From the NCBI GenBank assembly GCA_903880855.1, contig CAIRQX010000103.1, forward strand, positions 61,161-125,160: a stretch of 64,000 nt of DNA. The letters are read 5' to 3'. The notes beneath the pieces are model-generated. The model was not told the DNA's origin, made no database searches, and worked only from the letters and a program-made list of their open reading frames with translations. Shown piece by piece: positions 37,732-47,607 of the stretch. Positions within the stretch are counted from its first letter, which is position 1. Each line of letters opens with the position of its first letter. The stretch is from an uncultured Burkholderiales bacterium (GTDB taxonomy: Bacteria; Pseudomonadota; Gammaproteobacteria; Burkholderiales; Burkholderiaceae_C). The translations under genes were made by a program, and so were the position numbers.

Positions 37732-39663
37732 ATGCCAACGCACACTTTGTCCGCTCAAACACCCCTGCGTGTCCTCGGCCTCATCCCGCCGATGACGCAA
37801 CTCAACACGCCGTACCCCTCAACAGCCTATTTGACGGGTTTTTTGCGCGAGCAGGGGATTGATGCCGTTCAGCATGATTTAGCCCTTGAGTTGGTATTGA
37901 CGCTTTTTTCTTCCAAGGGTTTGTCCGACGTCCAGGTTCATGCACTTAGCTTGGCTGAAGAAGATCGCAGTGCCAGTGTGAATCAGTTTTTGGACCATTT
38001 CGACGCCTACCAAAGCACCATCGCCCCGACGATTGCTTTCCTGCAAGGTAAAGATCCCACCTTGAGCCACCGCATTGCAGGCCGAGGTTTTTTGCCTGAG
38101 GGACCACGGTTTGCTTCTTTGGATGCATTTGACGATGAAGGTGGTGGCGATCCACTGGCATGGGCCTTTGGCGCACTCGGACAGCAAGACCGCGCTCGGC
38201 ATCTGGCGACTTTGTATTTGAATGATTTGGCAGATGTGGTGCGCGATGGTGTCGATAGCCGATTTGAATTTGTGCGCTACGCCGAGTCTTTGGCTGGAAG
38301 CCAGGCTACTTTTGATCTTCTTGCACAGGCACTAGCTGCACCGCTTACCTTGGTGGACAAAACCCTGCATGCGTTGACGATGTCCGTGATTGATAAGCAT
38401 CAGCCGACGGTAGTTTTGCTTTCTGTGCCTTTTCCAGGTGCCATGTATGGCGCCTTGCGTATCGCGCAAACAATAAAAAGCCATGCGCCACATATTCGTA
38501 TTGGTATGGGAGGAGGCTTTGTCAATACTGAACTTCGTGAACTGACAGATCCTCGCATTTTTGATTTTGTCGACTACATCACCCTTGATGCTGGCGAGCG
38601 GCCTTTATTGGCATTGTTTGAACATCTACAAGGCAAAAGAAGTGCGCAACGTTTGGTACGTACCTTTTTGCGCAATGCAGAGAACAAGGTGCAATTTATC
38701 AATTGGGCAGAACCAGATATTGCATTTGAAGATGTAGGCACACCTACATGGGACGGCTTGCCACTTCAAAGTTATCTATCGCTGTTAGATATGCTCAATC
38801 CCATGCACCGTTTGTGGAGTGATGGTCGCTGGAACAAACTCACTGTGGCGCATGGGTGTTACTGGAAGAAATGTAGTTTTTGTGATGTAAGTCTTGACTA
38901 CATCTCGCGGTATGAGACTGCTTCAGCATCCACGCTGGTCGATCGCATGGAGCGCATCGTGGCGGAGACAGGCCAAACTGGATTTCATTTTGTTGATGAA
39001 GCAGCGCCACCTAAAGCATTAAAAGCCCTGGCGCAAGAAATCATTCGCCGCAAATTGCAAGTGACGTGGTGGGGAAATATTCGTTTTGAGAAAACCTTCA
39101 CGCCAGAGTTGGCTGAGCTCTTGGCTGACAGCGGTTGCATCGCTATGTCCGGTGGCCTAGAGGTGGCCTCTGACCGTTTGTTAGAACTGATGCAAAAGGG
39201 CGTGACAGTTGAGCAAGTTGCGCGGGTGACCAAAGGTTTTGCAGACGCTGGCATCTTGGTGCATGCCTATTTGATGTATGGCTTTCCCACCCAAACCGTG
39301 CAAGACACGGTGGATGCTTTGGAGTATGTGCGGCAGTTATTTGAGAACGGCTGTATTCAAAGTGGATTTTTCCATCGATTTACTTGCACGGTGCATTCGC
39401 CAGTAGGAAAGAACCCAGCAGCCTATGGCGTGCAATTGGTGCCATTGCCGGAGGTAAGTTTTGCCAAAAATGATGTGGCTTTTATCGATCCCACTGGAAC
39501 CGACCACGACAGTCTTGGATTGGGCCTTAAGAAGGCGCTCTACAACTACATGCACGGAGTAGGTTTGGAAGAAGATGCACGCAGTTGGTTTGAGTTGCCC
39601 AATGGAAAGTGCCCCAAAACGCGTGTTGCAAAACACTTCATACAAAAAGCGCTGAATGTTTAA
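37732..39663 (+). CDS. B12-binding-domain-type radical SAM protein (function unknown)
   Basis: About 643 aa. N-terminal Rossmann-like RVLGLIPPMTQLNTPYPSTAYLTGFLREQG, and the cysteine triad GCYWKKCSFCD. The ATG at 37732 lies directly after the TTG at 37729. Confidence 0.8.
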   Translation: MPTHTLSAQTPLRVLGLIPPMTQLNTPYPSTAYLTGFLREQGIDAVQHDLALELVLTLFSSKGLSDVQVHALSLAEEDRSASVNQFLDHFDAYQSTIAPTIAFLQGKDPTLSHRIAGRGFLPEGPRFASLDAFDDEGGGDPLAWAFGALGQQDRARHLATLYLNDLADVVRDGVDSRFEFVRYAESLAGSQATFDLLAQALAAPLTLVDKTLHALTMSVIDKHQPTVVLLSVPFPGAMYGALRIAQTIKSHAPHIRIGMGGGFVNTELRELTDPRIFDFVDYITLDAGERPLLALFEHLQGKRSAQRLVRTFLRNAENKVQFINWAEPDIAFEDVGTPTWDGLPLQSYLSLLDMLNPMHRLWSDGRWNKLTVAHGCYWKKCSFCDVSLDYISRYETASASTLVDRMERIVAETGQTGFHFVDEAAPPKALKALAQEIIRRKLQVTWWGNIRFEKTFTPELAELLADSGCIAMSGGLEVASDRLLELMQKGVTVEQVARVTKGFADAGILVHAYLMYGFPTQTVQDTVDALEYVRQLFENGCIQSGFFHRFTCTVHSPVGKNPAAYGVQLVPLPEVSFAKNDVAFIDPTGTDHDSLGLGLKKALYNYMHGVGLEEDARSWFELPNGKCPKTRVAKHFIQKALNV

Positions 39664-39674
39664 GCACTATTTGC

Positions 39675-39706
39675 AACTTGTCAGCTTTTTAACTTGTCGG
39701 CTTTTT
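39675..39706 (+). repeat. Tandem 16-nt direct repeat
   Basis: AACTTGTCAGCTTTTT (39675-39690) is followed immediately by AACTTGTCGGCTTTTT (39691-39706), 15/16 identical. The hairpin ATTAGT-AGCGC-ACTAAT follows at 39707-39723. Confidence 0.6.
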
Positions 39707-39782
39707 ATTAGTAGCGCACTAATATTTATCTAAATAAAGTGAGACAAAAGGGTGGCGTAAAATCCTTGAACGCAAAGACACC

Positions 39783-39873
39783 GCCCGGGTGGTGAAATAG
39801 GTAGACACAAGAGACTTAAAATCTCTCGCTTTCCGCAAGGGGCGTACCGGTTCGATTCCGGTCCCGGGCACCA
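39783..39873 (+). tRNA. tRNA-Leu (anticodon UAA), class II with a long variable arm and encoded CCA
   Basis: Hand fold: acceptor GCCCGGG/CCCGGGC; D stem GUG/CAC; anticodon stem AGAGA/UCUCU with loop CUUAAAA; T arm ACCGG-UUCGAUU-CCGGU; discriminator A plus CCA. Confidence 0.95.
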
Positions 39874-39892
39874 ATTTAGAAGGAGTTTCGTC

Positions 39893-40528
39893 ATGGCACG
39901 TTACAACGCCGCGTATGAAATTCACGTTCACGGAGATGTCCCCCTCCGAGACGACGTGGGACTTGAACAACTACAAGACGCTTTGCGCCCCCTATGGAAA
40001 TACGCTGGAGCCCTCTCACTAGAGGACGGCGCTGTCAGCTCCTACCCTGAAGAACCCGGCATACGTTTCGACGCACAAGAACACGCACTACAAATGTGTT
40101 GGACGGTTCCCGGCGACGATGACTTTCGCCAAAGCTTGGACGAAATGTGTATGAACCTCAACGAACTCACCGCTGCGGGTGCTGCTATTGAAGTCACTTT
40201 TTATGACAACGACTTTGACGACGAAGACGAAGCCAGTGCAGACGAGTCACGCGATGATTTCGTCATGTTGTTTGTAGGTCCTACGCCCGCCGACATCATG
40301 CAAGCCCAACGTGATCTACTAATCAACGATGTGATTCACCTGATGGAGCGCCATTTTGATGGGGCCGAACTCGGTGGTGTTGTCAACGAGATCGACAAGC
40401 TGTTTGCCGAGCGATTTGACGATTTGGTGAAATCGTTAGATCTGGGTCGCCCCCCGCGTGGCTCAGGTGGTAATGGCAATGGCGGTCATGGCGGTCACGG
40501 CGGACGTAAACCGCGTCATTTGCACTAG
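39893..40528 (+). CDS. Hypothetical acidic protein with a Gly/His-rich C-terminal tail
   Basis: 211-aa ORF with a GAAGGAG Shine-Dalgarno 7 nt upstream. Contains the acidic stretch DNDFDDEDEASADESRDD and the tail GSGGNGNGGHGGHGGRKPRHLH. I recognise no family. Confidence 0.6.
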   Translation: MARYNAAYEIHVHGDVPLRDDVGLEQLQDALRPLWKYAGALSLEDGAVSSYPEEPGIRFDAQEHALQMCWTVPGDDDFRQSLDEMCMNLNELTAAGAAIEVTFYDNDFDDEDEASADESRDDFVMLFVGPTPADIMQAQRDLLINDVIHLMERHFDGAELGGVVNEIDKLFAERFDDLVKSLDLGRPPRGSGGNGNGGHGGHGGRKPRHLH

Positions 40529-42075
40529 CCAGCAGTGACACCAATCCCTTTGAACTCACCAGTAGCTATTCGCTTTTGCCATTCAGCGGGCCCTGTGATA
40601 TGCGCACTAGTGCCGCCTGAATCCACAGCAACCGTCACTGGCATATCGACCACGTCGAACTCGTAAATGGCTTCCATGCCGAGATCAGCAAAGCCAACCA
40701 CCTTGGCGTGTTTAATCGCCTTGGACACCAAATAGGCGGCGCCGCCAACCGCCATTAAATAGGCCGATTGGTGCTTCTTGATGGCTTCAATCGCGGTTGG
40801 CCCGCGCTCTGCTTTACCAACCATCGAAATCAAGCCAGTTTGCGCCAGCATCATTTCGGTGAACTTGTCCATGCGCGTGGAAGTTGTGGGGCCAGCTGGG
40901 CCGACGGCTTCGTTGCCGACAGGGTCGACGGGGCCCACGTAGTAAATCACGCGGTTGGTGAAGTCGACGGGCAACTTCTCGCCTTTGGCCAACATGTCTT
41001 GAATGCGCTTGTGTGCAGCGTCACGGCCTGTGAGCATTTTGCCGTTGAGCAAAAGCGTTTGGCCGGGCTTCCAGCTCGCTACTTCTGCTTTGGTCAAAGT
41101 GTTGAGATCCACCCGTTTGCTCTTTTGTGTGTCTGCCGTCCAATTGACGTTGGGCCAGATGTCTAGCGAAGGCGGATCTAAATAAACAGGGCCAGAGCCA
41201 TCCATCACAAAGTGGGCGTGGCGAGTAGCGGCGCAATTGGGAATCATCGCGACGGGCTTGCTGGCGGCGTGTGTGGGGTACATCTTGATCTTGACATCGA
41301 GCACGGTGGTTAAACCGCCCAAGCCTTGCGCGCCAATGCCCAAAGCGTTGACCTTGTGATAGAGCTCCAAGCGCAAGTCTTCGACCTGTGTGATCGCACC
41401 ACCTTTGCTGGATTTCTCGAGCAATTGGTACATATCGAGATCGTCCATCAAACTTTCTTTGGCAAGCAAGACCGCTTTTTCTGCGGTGCCGCCAATGCCA
41501 ATGCCCAACATACCTGGAGGGCACCAGCCGGCGCCCATGGTGGGGACGGTTTTGAGAACCCAATCGACCACGCTGTCGCTGGGGTTCAACATGATCAACT
41601 TGGATTTGTTTTCACTACCGCCACCTTTGGCAGCGACGATGATGTCCAAGGTATTGCCAGGCACGATCTGCGTGATGATCACGGCGGGTGTGTTGTCTTT
41701 GGTGTTTTTGCGGGCGAACTGGGGGTCGTCTACCACCGACGCGCGCAAGGTGTTATCAGGATGGTTGTAACCACGGCGCACACCTTCGTTGATGGCGTCT
41801 TCTAAGCCTGCAGAAAAACCCTCGAAGCGCACGTCCATGCCTACTTTTAAAAACACATTGACGATTCCGGTGTCTTGGCACATGGGGCGATGCCCTGTCG
41901 CGCTCATCTTGCTGTTGGTCAAGATTTGCGCAATCGCATCCTTCGCCGCAGGGCTTTGCTCGCGGGCATAAGCGCTGGCTAAATGCGAGATGTAGTCGGC
42001 TGGGTGGTAATAGCTGATGTACTGCAAGGCAGCGGCGACGGATTCAATCAGATCGTTTTGGCGGATAGTGGTCAT
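40525..42075 (-). CDS. fumA: Class I (Fe-S dependent) fumarate hydratase
   Basis: 516 aa. Fused N-terminal and C-terminal Fe-S hydro-lyase halves; the N-terminus ...ISYYHPADYI...MCQDTGIVNVFLKVG is typical of class I fumarases. Confidence 0.9.
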   Translation of the reverse strand: MTTIRQNDLIESVAAALQYISYYHPADYISHLASAYAREQSPAAKDAIAQILTNSKMSATGHRPMCQDTGIVNVFLKVGMDVRFEGFSAGLEDAINEGVRRGYNHPDNTLRASVVDDPQFARKNTKDNTPAVIITQIVPGNTLDIIVAAKGGGSENKSKLIMLNPSDSVVDWVLKTVPTMGAGWCPPGMLGIGIGGTAEKAVLLAKESLMDDLDMYQLLEKSSKGGAITQVEDLRLELYHKVNALGIGAQGLGGLTTVLDVKIKMYPTHAASKPVAMIPNCAATRHAHFVMDGSGPVYLDPPSLDIWPNVNWTADTQKSKRVDLNTLTKAEVASWKPGQTLLLNGKMLTGRDAAHKRIQDMLAKGEKLPVDFTNRVIYYVGPVDPVGNEAVGPAGPTTSTRMDKFTEMMLAQTGLISMVGKAERGPTAIEAIKKHQSAYLMAVGGAAYLVSKAIKHAKVVGFADLGMEAIYEFDVVDMPVTVAVDSGGTSAHITGPAEWQKRIATGEFKGIGVTAG

Positions 42076-42163
42076 GGTGTTGAAAGTGGGCGGGAAGAAA
42101 GTGAGGGAAAAGTGGTGGGGGAGTCTTGATGGCTTGGCTTTATAAAAACCTAAATCAATACGT

Positions 42164-42484
42164 TCAACGCAAGCTCAACACCCAGGCCGCTAACTTTTGG
42201 GCTTCGGCTTCGCTGACTTGGGGGTTGGCAGGCATAGGAACAACGCCCCAAACACCAGCGCCGCCTTTTTGAATTTTGGTGGTGAGGGTTGCCATGGCAA
42301 GCGGCTCATTGGCGTAGCGCTTGGCTATCTCTTTCAAAGCGGGGCCAACCACTTTTCTATCGGAGTGGTGGCAAGACATGCAGTTCTTGGAGGTGGCCAA
42401 TGCCATATCGGCCCAGCTTGAAGAAGCAAGGAAGGCGCTGGCTAGCAAGAACAAAAATGCAATTTTTCGCACGCGCAAATGCAT
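42164..42484 (-). CDS. Cytochrome c551/c552-type (class I) c-type cytochrome
   Basis: 106 aa. Signal peptide, heme motif CMSCH, then VVGPALKEIAKRY...GGAGVWGVVPMPAN...AQKLAAWVLSL. This closely parallels Pseudomonas cytochrome c551. Confidence 0.85.
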   Translation of the reverse strand: MHLRVRKIAFLFLLASAFLASSSWADMALATSKNCMSCHHSDRKVVGPALKEIAKRYANEPLAMATLTTKIQKGGAGVWGVVPMPANPQVSEAEAQKLAAWVLSLR

Positions 42485-42494
42485 AGCTATCCAA

Positions 42495-44189
42495 TCAATA
42501 GTCGTCTAAAACAGCGCCTTTGCTGGCGCTAGAAGCGTTGAAGGCAAATTTGGCTTGCACACCACGGTTGTAGCGGGGAGCAGGCGCCTTCCAGCCCACT
42601 TTGCGCTTGGCCAATTCAGCATCCGTCACATTGAGTTGCAACAGCAACTCGCGTGCGTCAATGGTGATGGAGTCACCCTCATGGATAAAGGCGATATTGC
42701 CACCAGCTGCCGCTTCAGGAGCAACGTGGCCCACTACCATGCCCCAAGTGCCACCCGAGAAACGTCCGTCGGTGATCAAGCCCACGCTTTCGCCCAAGCC
42801 AGCTCCGATCAAGGCGCCAGTAGGGGCCAGCATTTCAGGCATACCGGGGCCGCCTTTGGGGCCGAGGTAACGCAAGACCATGACATCGCCTGCTTTGATT
42901 TTGCCGTCCAGAATAGCTTTGAGTGCGGATTGTTCGTCGTCAAACACGCGGGCTGGGCCGGTGATGACGGGGTTTTTCAAACCGGTGATTTTGGCGACCG
43001 AGCCTTCGGGTGAAAGGTTGCCTTTGAGAATCGCCAAATGCCCTTGTGCGTACATAGGCTTGTCGATGGGGCGGATGACGTCTTGGTCAGCGCGCGGGGT
43101 GTCTGGAATATCGGCCAAGTTCTCGGCCACGGTTTTACCGGTGATGGTCATGCAGTCGCCATGCAACAAGCCGGCTTTGAGCAAAATTTTCATGACTTGT
43201 GGAATGCCACCGGCGCGATGTAAGTCGACCGCCAAATATTTACCGCTAGGTTTGAGGTCGCAAATGACCGGCACTTTTTTGCGCATACGCTCAAAGTCGT
43301 CAATCGTCCAATCGACTTGGGCGGCATGTGAAATTGCCAAGAAGTGAAGCACGGCGTTGGTCGAACCGCCGGTAGCCATGATCACGGCCACTGCGTTTTC
43401 CAAAGATTTTTTGGTGACGATGTCGCGTGGCTTGATGTCTTTCTTGATGGCCTCGATCAATACCTTGGCCGATGCCTTGGCCGAGTTTTGAGTCTCGTCG
43501 TGAGGATTGGCCATGGTGGACGAGTAGGGCAAGGACATACCCAAAGCCTCAAACGAGGAGGACATGGTATTTGCGGTGTACATGCCGCCGCAAGAACCCG
43601 TGCCTGGTATCGCGCGCATTTCAATCTCGCGTAAATCTGCGTCGCTCAATTTGCCAGCTGAGTTTTCACCCACTGCCTCAAACACGCTGACGATGTTGAG
43701 GTCTTTGCCTTTGTAGGAGCCCGGAAGAATGGTGCCGCCGTAGACATAAATCGCGGGAACATTCGCGCGCAAGATGCCCATCATGCCGCCTGGCATGTTT
43801 TTGTCACATCCTCCGACGACCAACACACCGTCCATCCATTGGCCTTGCACGCAGGTCTCGATACAGTCAGAAATCACTTCACGGCTGATCAAGGAGTACT
43901 TCATGCCCTCGGTGCCCATGGCCATGCCATCAGAAATAGTGGGAGTGCCGAAAATTTGGGCATTTCCACCAGCCTCCTCAATTCCCTCCACCGCAGCATC
44001 GGCTAGTTTTTGTAAGCCACTGTTACATGGGGTGATGGTGCTGTGCCCGTTGGCCACGCCCACCATAGGTTTGACGAAATCGCCCTCTTGATAGCCCATG
44101 GCGTAATACATCGAACGGTTGGGCGCCCGAGATTTGCCCTCAGTAATGTTGGCGGAACGACGGTTGATTTTGAGAGGAGAAGTGGCCAT
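42495..44189 (-). CDS. ilvD: Dihydroxy-acid dehydratase
   Basis: 564 aa. [10 protein letters not shown]..., CDKNMPG and other IlvD/Edd family signatures. Confidence 0.95.
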   Translation of the reverse strand: MATSPLKINRRSANITEGKSRAPNRSMYYAMGYQEGDFVKPMVGVANGHSTITPCNSGLQKLADAAVEGIEEAGGNAQIFGTPTISDGMAMGTEGMKYSLISREVISDCIETCVQGQWMDGVLVVGGCDKNMPGGMMGILRANVPAIYVYGGTILPGSYKGKDLNIVSVFEAVGENSAGKLSDADLREIEMRAIPGTGSCGGMYTANTMSSSFEALGMSLPYSSTMANPHDETQNSAKASAKVLIEAIKKDIKPRDIVTKKSLENAVAVIMATGGSTNAVLHFLAISHAAQVDWTIDDFERMRKKVPVICDLKPSGKYLAVDLHRAGGIPQVMKILLKAGLLHGDCMTITGKTVAENLADIPDTPRADQDVIRPIDKPMYAQGHLAILKGNLSPEGSVAKITGLKNPVITGPARVFDDEQSALKAILDGKIKAGDVMVLRYLGPKGGPGMPEMLAPTGALIGAGLGESVGLITDGRFSGGTWGMVVGHVAPEAAAGGNIAFIHEGDSITIDARELLLQLNVTDAELAKRKVGWKAPAPRYNRGVQAKFAFNASSASKGAVLDDY

Positions 44190-44289
44190 GGTGGTGTGCT
44201 CAGTCGAACAAAAACGCTTAGTTTATCCCCCTGAGCACAGCCTGAGATGCGCTGAGTCACCTAGGCAAACCTCGCGCACAATGGCGGGC

Positions 44290-45120
44290 ATGCTGATGCA
44301 CCCTCAATTTGACCCTGTCGCCCTCCAACTAGGGCCTGTTTCTATCCATTGGTATGGCATCACTTATTTAGTAGCTTTTGGCCTGTTTCTGTTACTGGCT
44401 AAGCGAAGGTTGCAAGATGCGCCTTACGCTGACTGGGTGGCTCAAGGGAAGTGGGCCGTTCAAGATGTTGACGACTTGCTGACTTATGGCGTAATGGGTG
44501 TGGTGCTGGGTGGGCGCGTTGGTTATTGCCTGTTCTACAAACTGGGTTACTACGCCGAACATCCGCTCGAAGTGTTTTATGTCTGGCAAGGCGGAATGAG
44601 CTTTCATGGTGGCATGCTGGGAGTGATTGCGGCGATGGCCTTGTTTGCTTGGCAGCGCAAACGCGCTTGGTTGGCGGTAACCGATTTCATTGCGCCCTGT
44701 GTACCTACCGGGTTGGCTGCTGGTCGGGTTGGAAATTTCATTAATGGCGAGTTATGGGGCAGGGCGGCAGACCCTGATTTACCTTGGGCGATGGTGTTTC
44801 CACAAAGTGGTTCACTCTTGGCGCGACATCCTTCTCAGGTCTACCAATTTTTGGGCGAAGGCTTGTTGTTGTTTTTCGTGATGTGGTTGTATGCCAGAAA
44901 GCAAAGGCCAGTGGGAGCCGTTTCAGGGGTGTTTTTGATGGGCTATGGCACGATGCGTTTTGTAGCTGAATACTTTCGTGAGCCTGATGCACATTTGGGT
45001 TTTTTGGCTTTGGGCTTGAGCATGGGGCAGTGGTTGTGCGTTCCCATGGTGGCGTTAGGTGCTTGGATGTGGTTAAAGTTTGTGTTACAAAATGGTGAAA
45101 CACCCAGTACACACGAATGA
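44290..45120 (+). CDS. lgt: Prolipoprotein diacylglyceryl transferase
   Basis: The [30 protein letters not shown] start is typical of Lgt. Alternative ATGs lie at 44281 and 44296. The track ORF start at 44119 overlaps the ilvD start region. Confidence 0.9.
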   Translation: MLMHPQFDPVALQLGPVSIHWYGITYLVAFGLFLLLAKRRLQDAPYADWVAQGKWAVQDVDDLLTYGVMGVVLGGRVGYCLFYKLGYYAEHPLEVFYVWQGGMSFHGGMLGVIAAMALFAWQRKRAWLAVTDFIAPCVPTGLAAGRVGNFINGELWGRAADPDLPWAMVFPQSGSLLARHPSQVYQFLGEGLLLFFVMWLYARKQRPVGAVSGVFLMGYGTMRFVAEYFREPDAHLGFLALGLSMGQWLCVPMVALGAWMWLKFVLQNGETPSTHE

Positions 45121-46553
45121 ACGCAACCAATTGGCTAAGTAGTAAATTAAATTTGTTGCGTAACTCTGCGCCGGCAAGCGTTCCTCCAGAAGAAGTAACC
45201 CGCTCTACGCGTGAACGTTTGGGCGCAACACTGCGAGTTCATAAAGAGGCTCTGTCCCCCCGTTCATTGCGCCGTACGCTTTTGCTGTTGCAGTCTGTGG
45301 TTGATCCCAAAGTCAGCGAAGTCGAAGGCGGGCGCCGTGCCAAAGCCTTGGCTGATTGGTACGCCAAGGCTGAGACCAGTGAACGGCAAGATTTGTGGTT
45401 GTTGATCAGCGAACAATTTGGTCCCGACCCCCTGAAAGTGCGTGCGGCCAGGGTCGAATATGACGCCTCCTTAGGTAGCGTAGACGAGGGCGCTGCAGAA
45501 ATTCGCTTAAGGCGTGCATTGGTCTCTCCCCGCACCCGTTTGCTGCAACGTTTTGCCGCCTATCCTGGCGGCATGCGGTTTTTGGTGGACTTGCGCGCCG
45601 AGATGCTGCAGCAAATCAAGGGCAATAAGCGTTTGCTGGCGCTAGATGCTGAGTTAGAGAACTTGTTCTCCACTTGGTTTGACGTGGCCTTTTTGGAGTT
45701 ACGCACTATCAGTTGGGACTCTCCCGCTTCCTTGATCGAAAAGCTCATCAAATATGAAGCTGTGCACGATATTCGCAGTTGGGCAGATCTCAAGAACCGA
45801 CTTGACAGCGACCGCCGCTGCTACGGGTTTTTCCACCCCAATTTACCCAATGAGCCATTGATATTTGTGGAAGTTGCGTTGCTCGACGAAATGGCCGACA
45901 ACATCATGCCCTTGTTAGACGAGACCGCTGCCAATTCGGATTTGCACAAAGCCTCGGTTGCTATTTTTTATTCCATCAGCACGACACAAACTGGCTTGCG
46001 GGGCGTCAGCTTTGGTGACTCACTGATTAAGCGGGTGGTTGAAACGCTACGCTCTGAATTCCCTAAGCTCAAAACTTTCGCTACTCTCTCGCCTATTCCT
46101 GGATTTAGAACCTGGTTGGCTAAAAACTTAGAGCTAATGCTCGAGAAGCTATCAGATAAGGAGCTCTCTCAATTAGGACGCGCCTTGAGTTTTGAGCCAC
46201 CGTCGTCCATTCATGTACTTGCAGCCTTGGAGCAACCTGAGACCTTGGCGGGTCTTTCTGTCAAATCGCCACTGCGTGAATTTTTAACCCGGTGCGCAGC
46301 CGAATATTTGGGGCGTGCCAAAGAGGGCGATATGGTCTTAGACCCCGTAGCCCGTTTCCATTTAGGCAACGGCGCGCGGATTGAGCGTATTAATTTCTTC
46401 GCAGACCCATCACCCAAAGGTATCAGACAATCACACGGCTTGATGGTCAATTATTTGTATGACCTTAAGCGCATTGATAAACATCGAAAGCAGTTAGAGT
46501 CAGGCGAGGCGCCTGCTTCTAGCCAAGTGGAAGATTTGTATTTCAGTAACTGA
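45117..46553 (+). CDS. matA: Malonyl-CoA decarboxylase
   Basis: 478 aa. MCD-family pattern ([18 protein letters not shown]..., [10 protein letters not shown]). ATGA overlap with the lgt stop. Confidence 0.8.
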   Translation: MNATNWLSSKLNLLRNSAPASVPPEEVTRSTRERLGATLRVHKEALSPRSLRRTLLLLQSVVDPKVSEVEGGRRAKALADWYAKAETSERQDLWLLISEQFGPDPLKVRAARVEYDASLGSVDEGAAEIRLRRALVSPRTRLLQRFAAYPGGMRFLVDLRAEMLQQIKGNKRLLALDAELENLFSTWFDVAFLELRTISWDSPASLIEKLIKYEAVHDIRSWADLKNRLDSDRRCYGFFHPNLPNEPLIFVEVALLDEMADNIMPLLDETAANSDLHKASVAIFYSISTTQTGLRGVSFGDSLIKRVVETLRSEFPKLKTFATLSPIPGFRTWLAKNLELMLEKLSDKELSQLGRALSFEPPSSIHVLAALEQPETLAGLSVKSPLREFLTRCAAEYLGRAKEGDMVLDPVARFHLGNGARIERINFFADPSPKGIRQSHGLMVNYLYDLKRIDKHRKQLESGEAPASSQVEDLYFSN

Positions 46554-46590
46554 TTTACATGACCATAAATTCAAAAAAGGAGACACAACT

Positions 46591-47583
46591 ATGAATAAGA
46601 CTTTTACAAATACCCGCCGCCAATGGCTTGGGCTTTCCGCTGCAGCGCTTGCCACTTTTGCGCTGGAAGTTTATGCAGAACCAGGCTGGCCCAACAAACC
46701 CGTCAACTTGATCGTGCCTTTTCCAGCCGGTGGAGGCACGGATACCTTTGGCAGACCCTTCTCCGCGCAGTTTTCAAAACTTACTGGTAAATCACTGGTG
46801 ATCGATAACCGTGGCGGCGCTGGAGGCAACTTAGGCGCTGGCGTTGCTGCTAAAGCCGCGCCCGACGGTTATACCTTGTTTATGGGCGCGGTGCACCACT
46901 CCATTGCGCCGTCCATGTACCCCAAACTTGACTACGACTTAGAGCGTGACTTCATACCTTTAGCGATCGTTGCCAGCGTGCCGCACGTTTTAGTCGTCAA
47001 CCCTAAAAATATGCCTGTTGCTGACTTCAAGGCATTTCTGGAGGAAGTGAAATCCAAGCCTGGTCGTTTTAACTACGGATCTGCAGGCGGCGGCACATCG
47101 CACCATTTAGCGGGTGAGCTTTTCAAAATGCAAACCAAAACATTTATTACCCATATTCCCTATCGTGGAGCTGGTCCGGCATTGCAAGACTTGATTGCTG
47201 GAAATGTAGACATGATGTTCGATGGACTCGGTTCATCTGCCCAACATATCAAAGGCGGACGCATCAAAGCATTGATGGTGTCTGGTAATAAGCGAAATCC
47301 AGCTTTTCCAGATATTCCTTGCGCTGCAGAATTTGGTTTGCCTGATTACAACGTTACAACTTGGTATGGCCTATGGGCTCCTAAAGGAACCCCCGCAGAT
47401 GTACAAGCCCGCGTTATTGAAGAAGTGCGTAAAGCCGCTGCCACCGATGACATAAAAACCAGTTGGTCTAATAGTGGCGCTGAGTTTCCCAACTTAACCG
47501 GCCCGCAGTTTGGTTCTTTTGTAAATAGTGAAATCAAAAAATGGGCAGGTGTTGTCAAAGCCTCAGGTGCCAAGTTAGATTAA
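46591..47583 (+). CDS. Bug family tripartite tricarboxylate transporter substrate-binding protein (TctC-like)
   Basis: 330 aa. Signal peptide, then VPFPAGGGTDTFGRPF...IDNRGGAGG...IPYRGAGPA. Confidence 0.85.
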   Translation: MNKTFTNTRRQWLGLSAAALATFALEVYAEPGWPNKPVNLIVPFPAGGGTDTFGRPFSAQFSKLTGKSLVIDNRGGAGGNLGAGVAAKAAPDGYTLFMGAVHHSIAPSMYPKLDYDLERDFIPLAIVASVPHVLVVNPKNMPVADFKAFLEEVKSKPGRFNYGSAGGGTSHHLAGELFKMQTKTFITHIPYRGAGPALQDLIAGNVDMMFDGLGSSAQHIKGGRIKALMVSGNKRNPAFPDIPCAAEFGLPDYNVTTWYGLWAPKGTPADVQARVIEEVRKAAATDDIKTSWSNSGAEFPNLTGPQFGSFVNSEIKKWAGVVKASGAKLD

Positions 47584-47607
47584 AAGTTAGATTTTTAGCG
47601 TGAGACG

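Noticed and set aside
37732-39663. The radical SAM protein as the missing anaerobic sulfatase-maturating enzyme for the sulfatase at 33369
   Set aside because: anSME enzymes are SPASM-domain proteins of about 370-400 aa without a B12-type N-domain. This protein is 643 aa with a different architecture, and it is 3 kb away in an unrelated transcription unit.
39783-39873. tRNA-Leu as the attachment site of a genomic island covering the upstream catabolic region
   Set aside because: There is no integrase or transposase anywhere in the window, and I could not find a direct repeat of the tRNA 3' end. The adjacent genes look conserved rather than mobile.
39719-39970. 83-aa minus-strand track ORF
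   Set aside because: It runs straight through the tRNA-Leu gene and the start of a well-supported plus-strand CDS. It has no Shine-Dalgarno or recognisable motif, so it is spurious.
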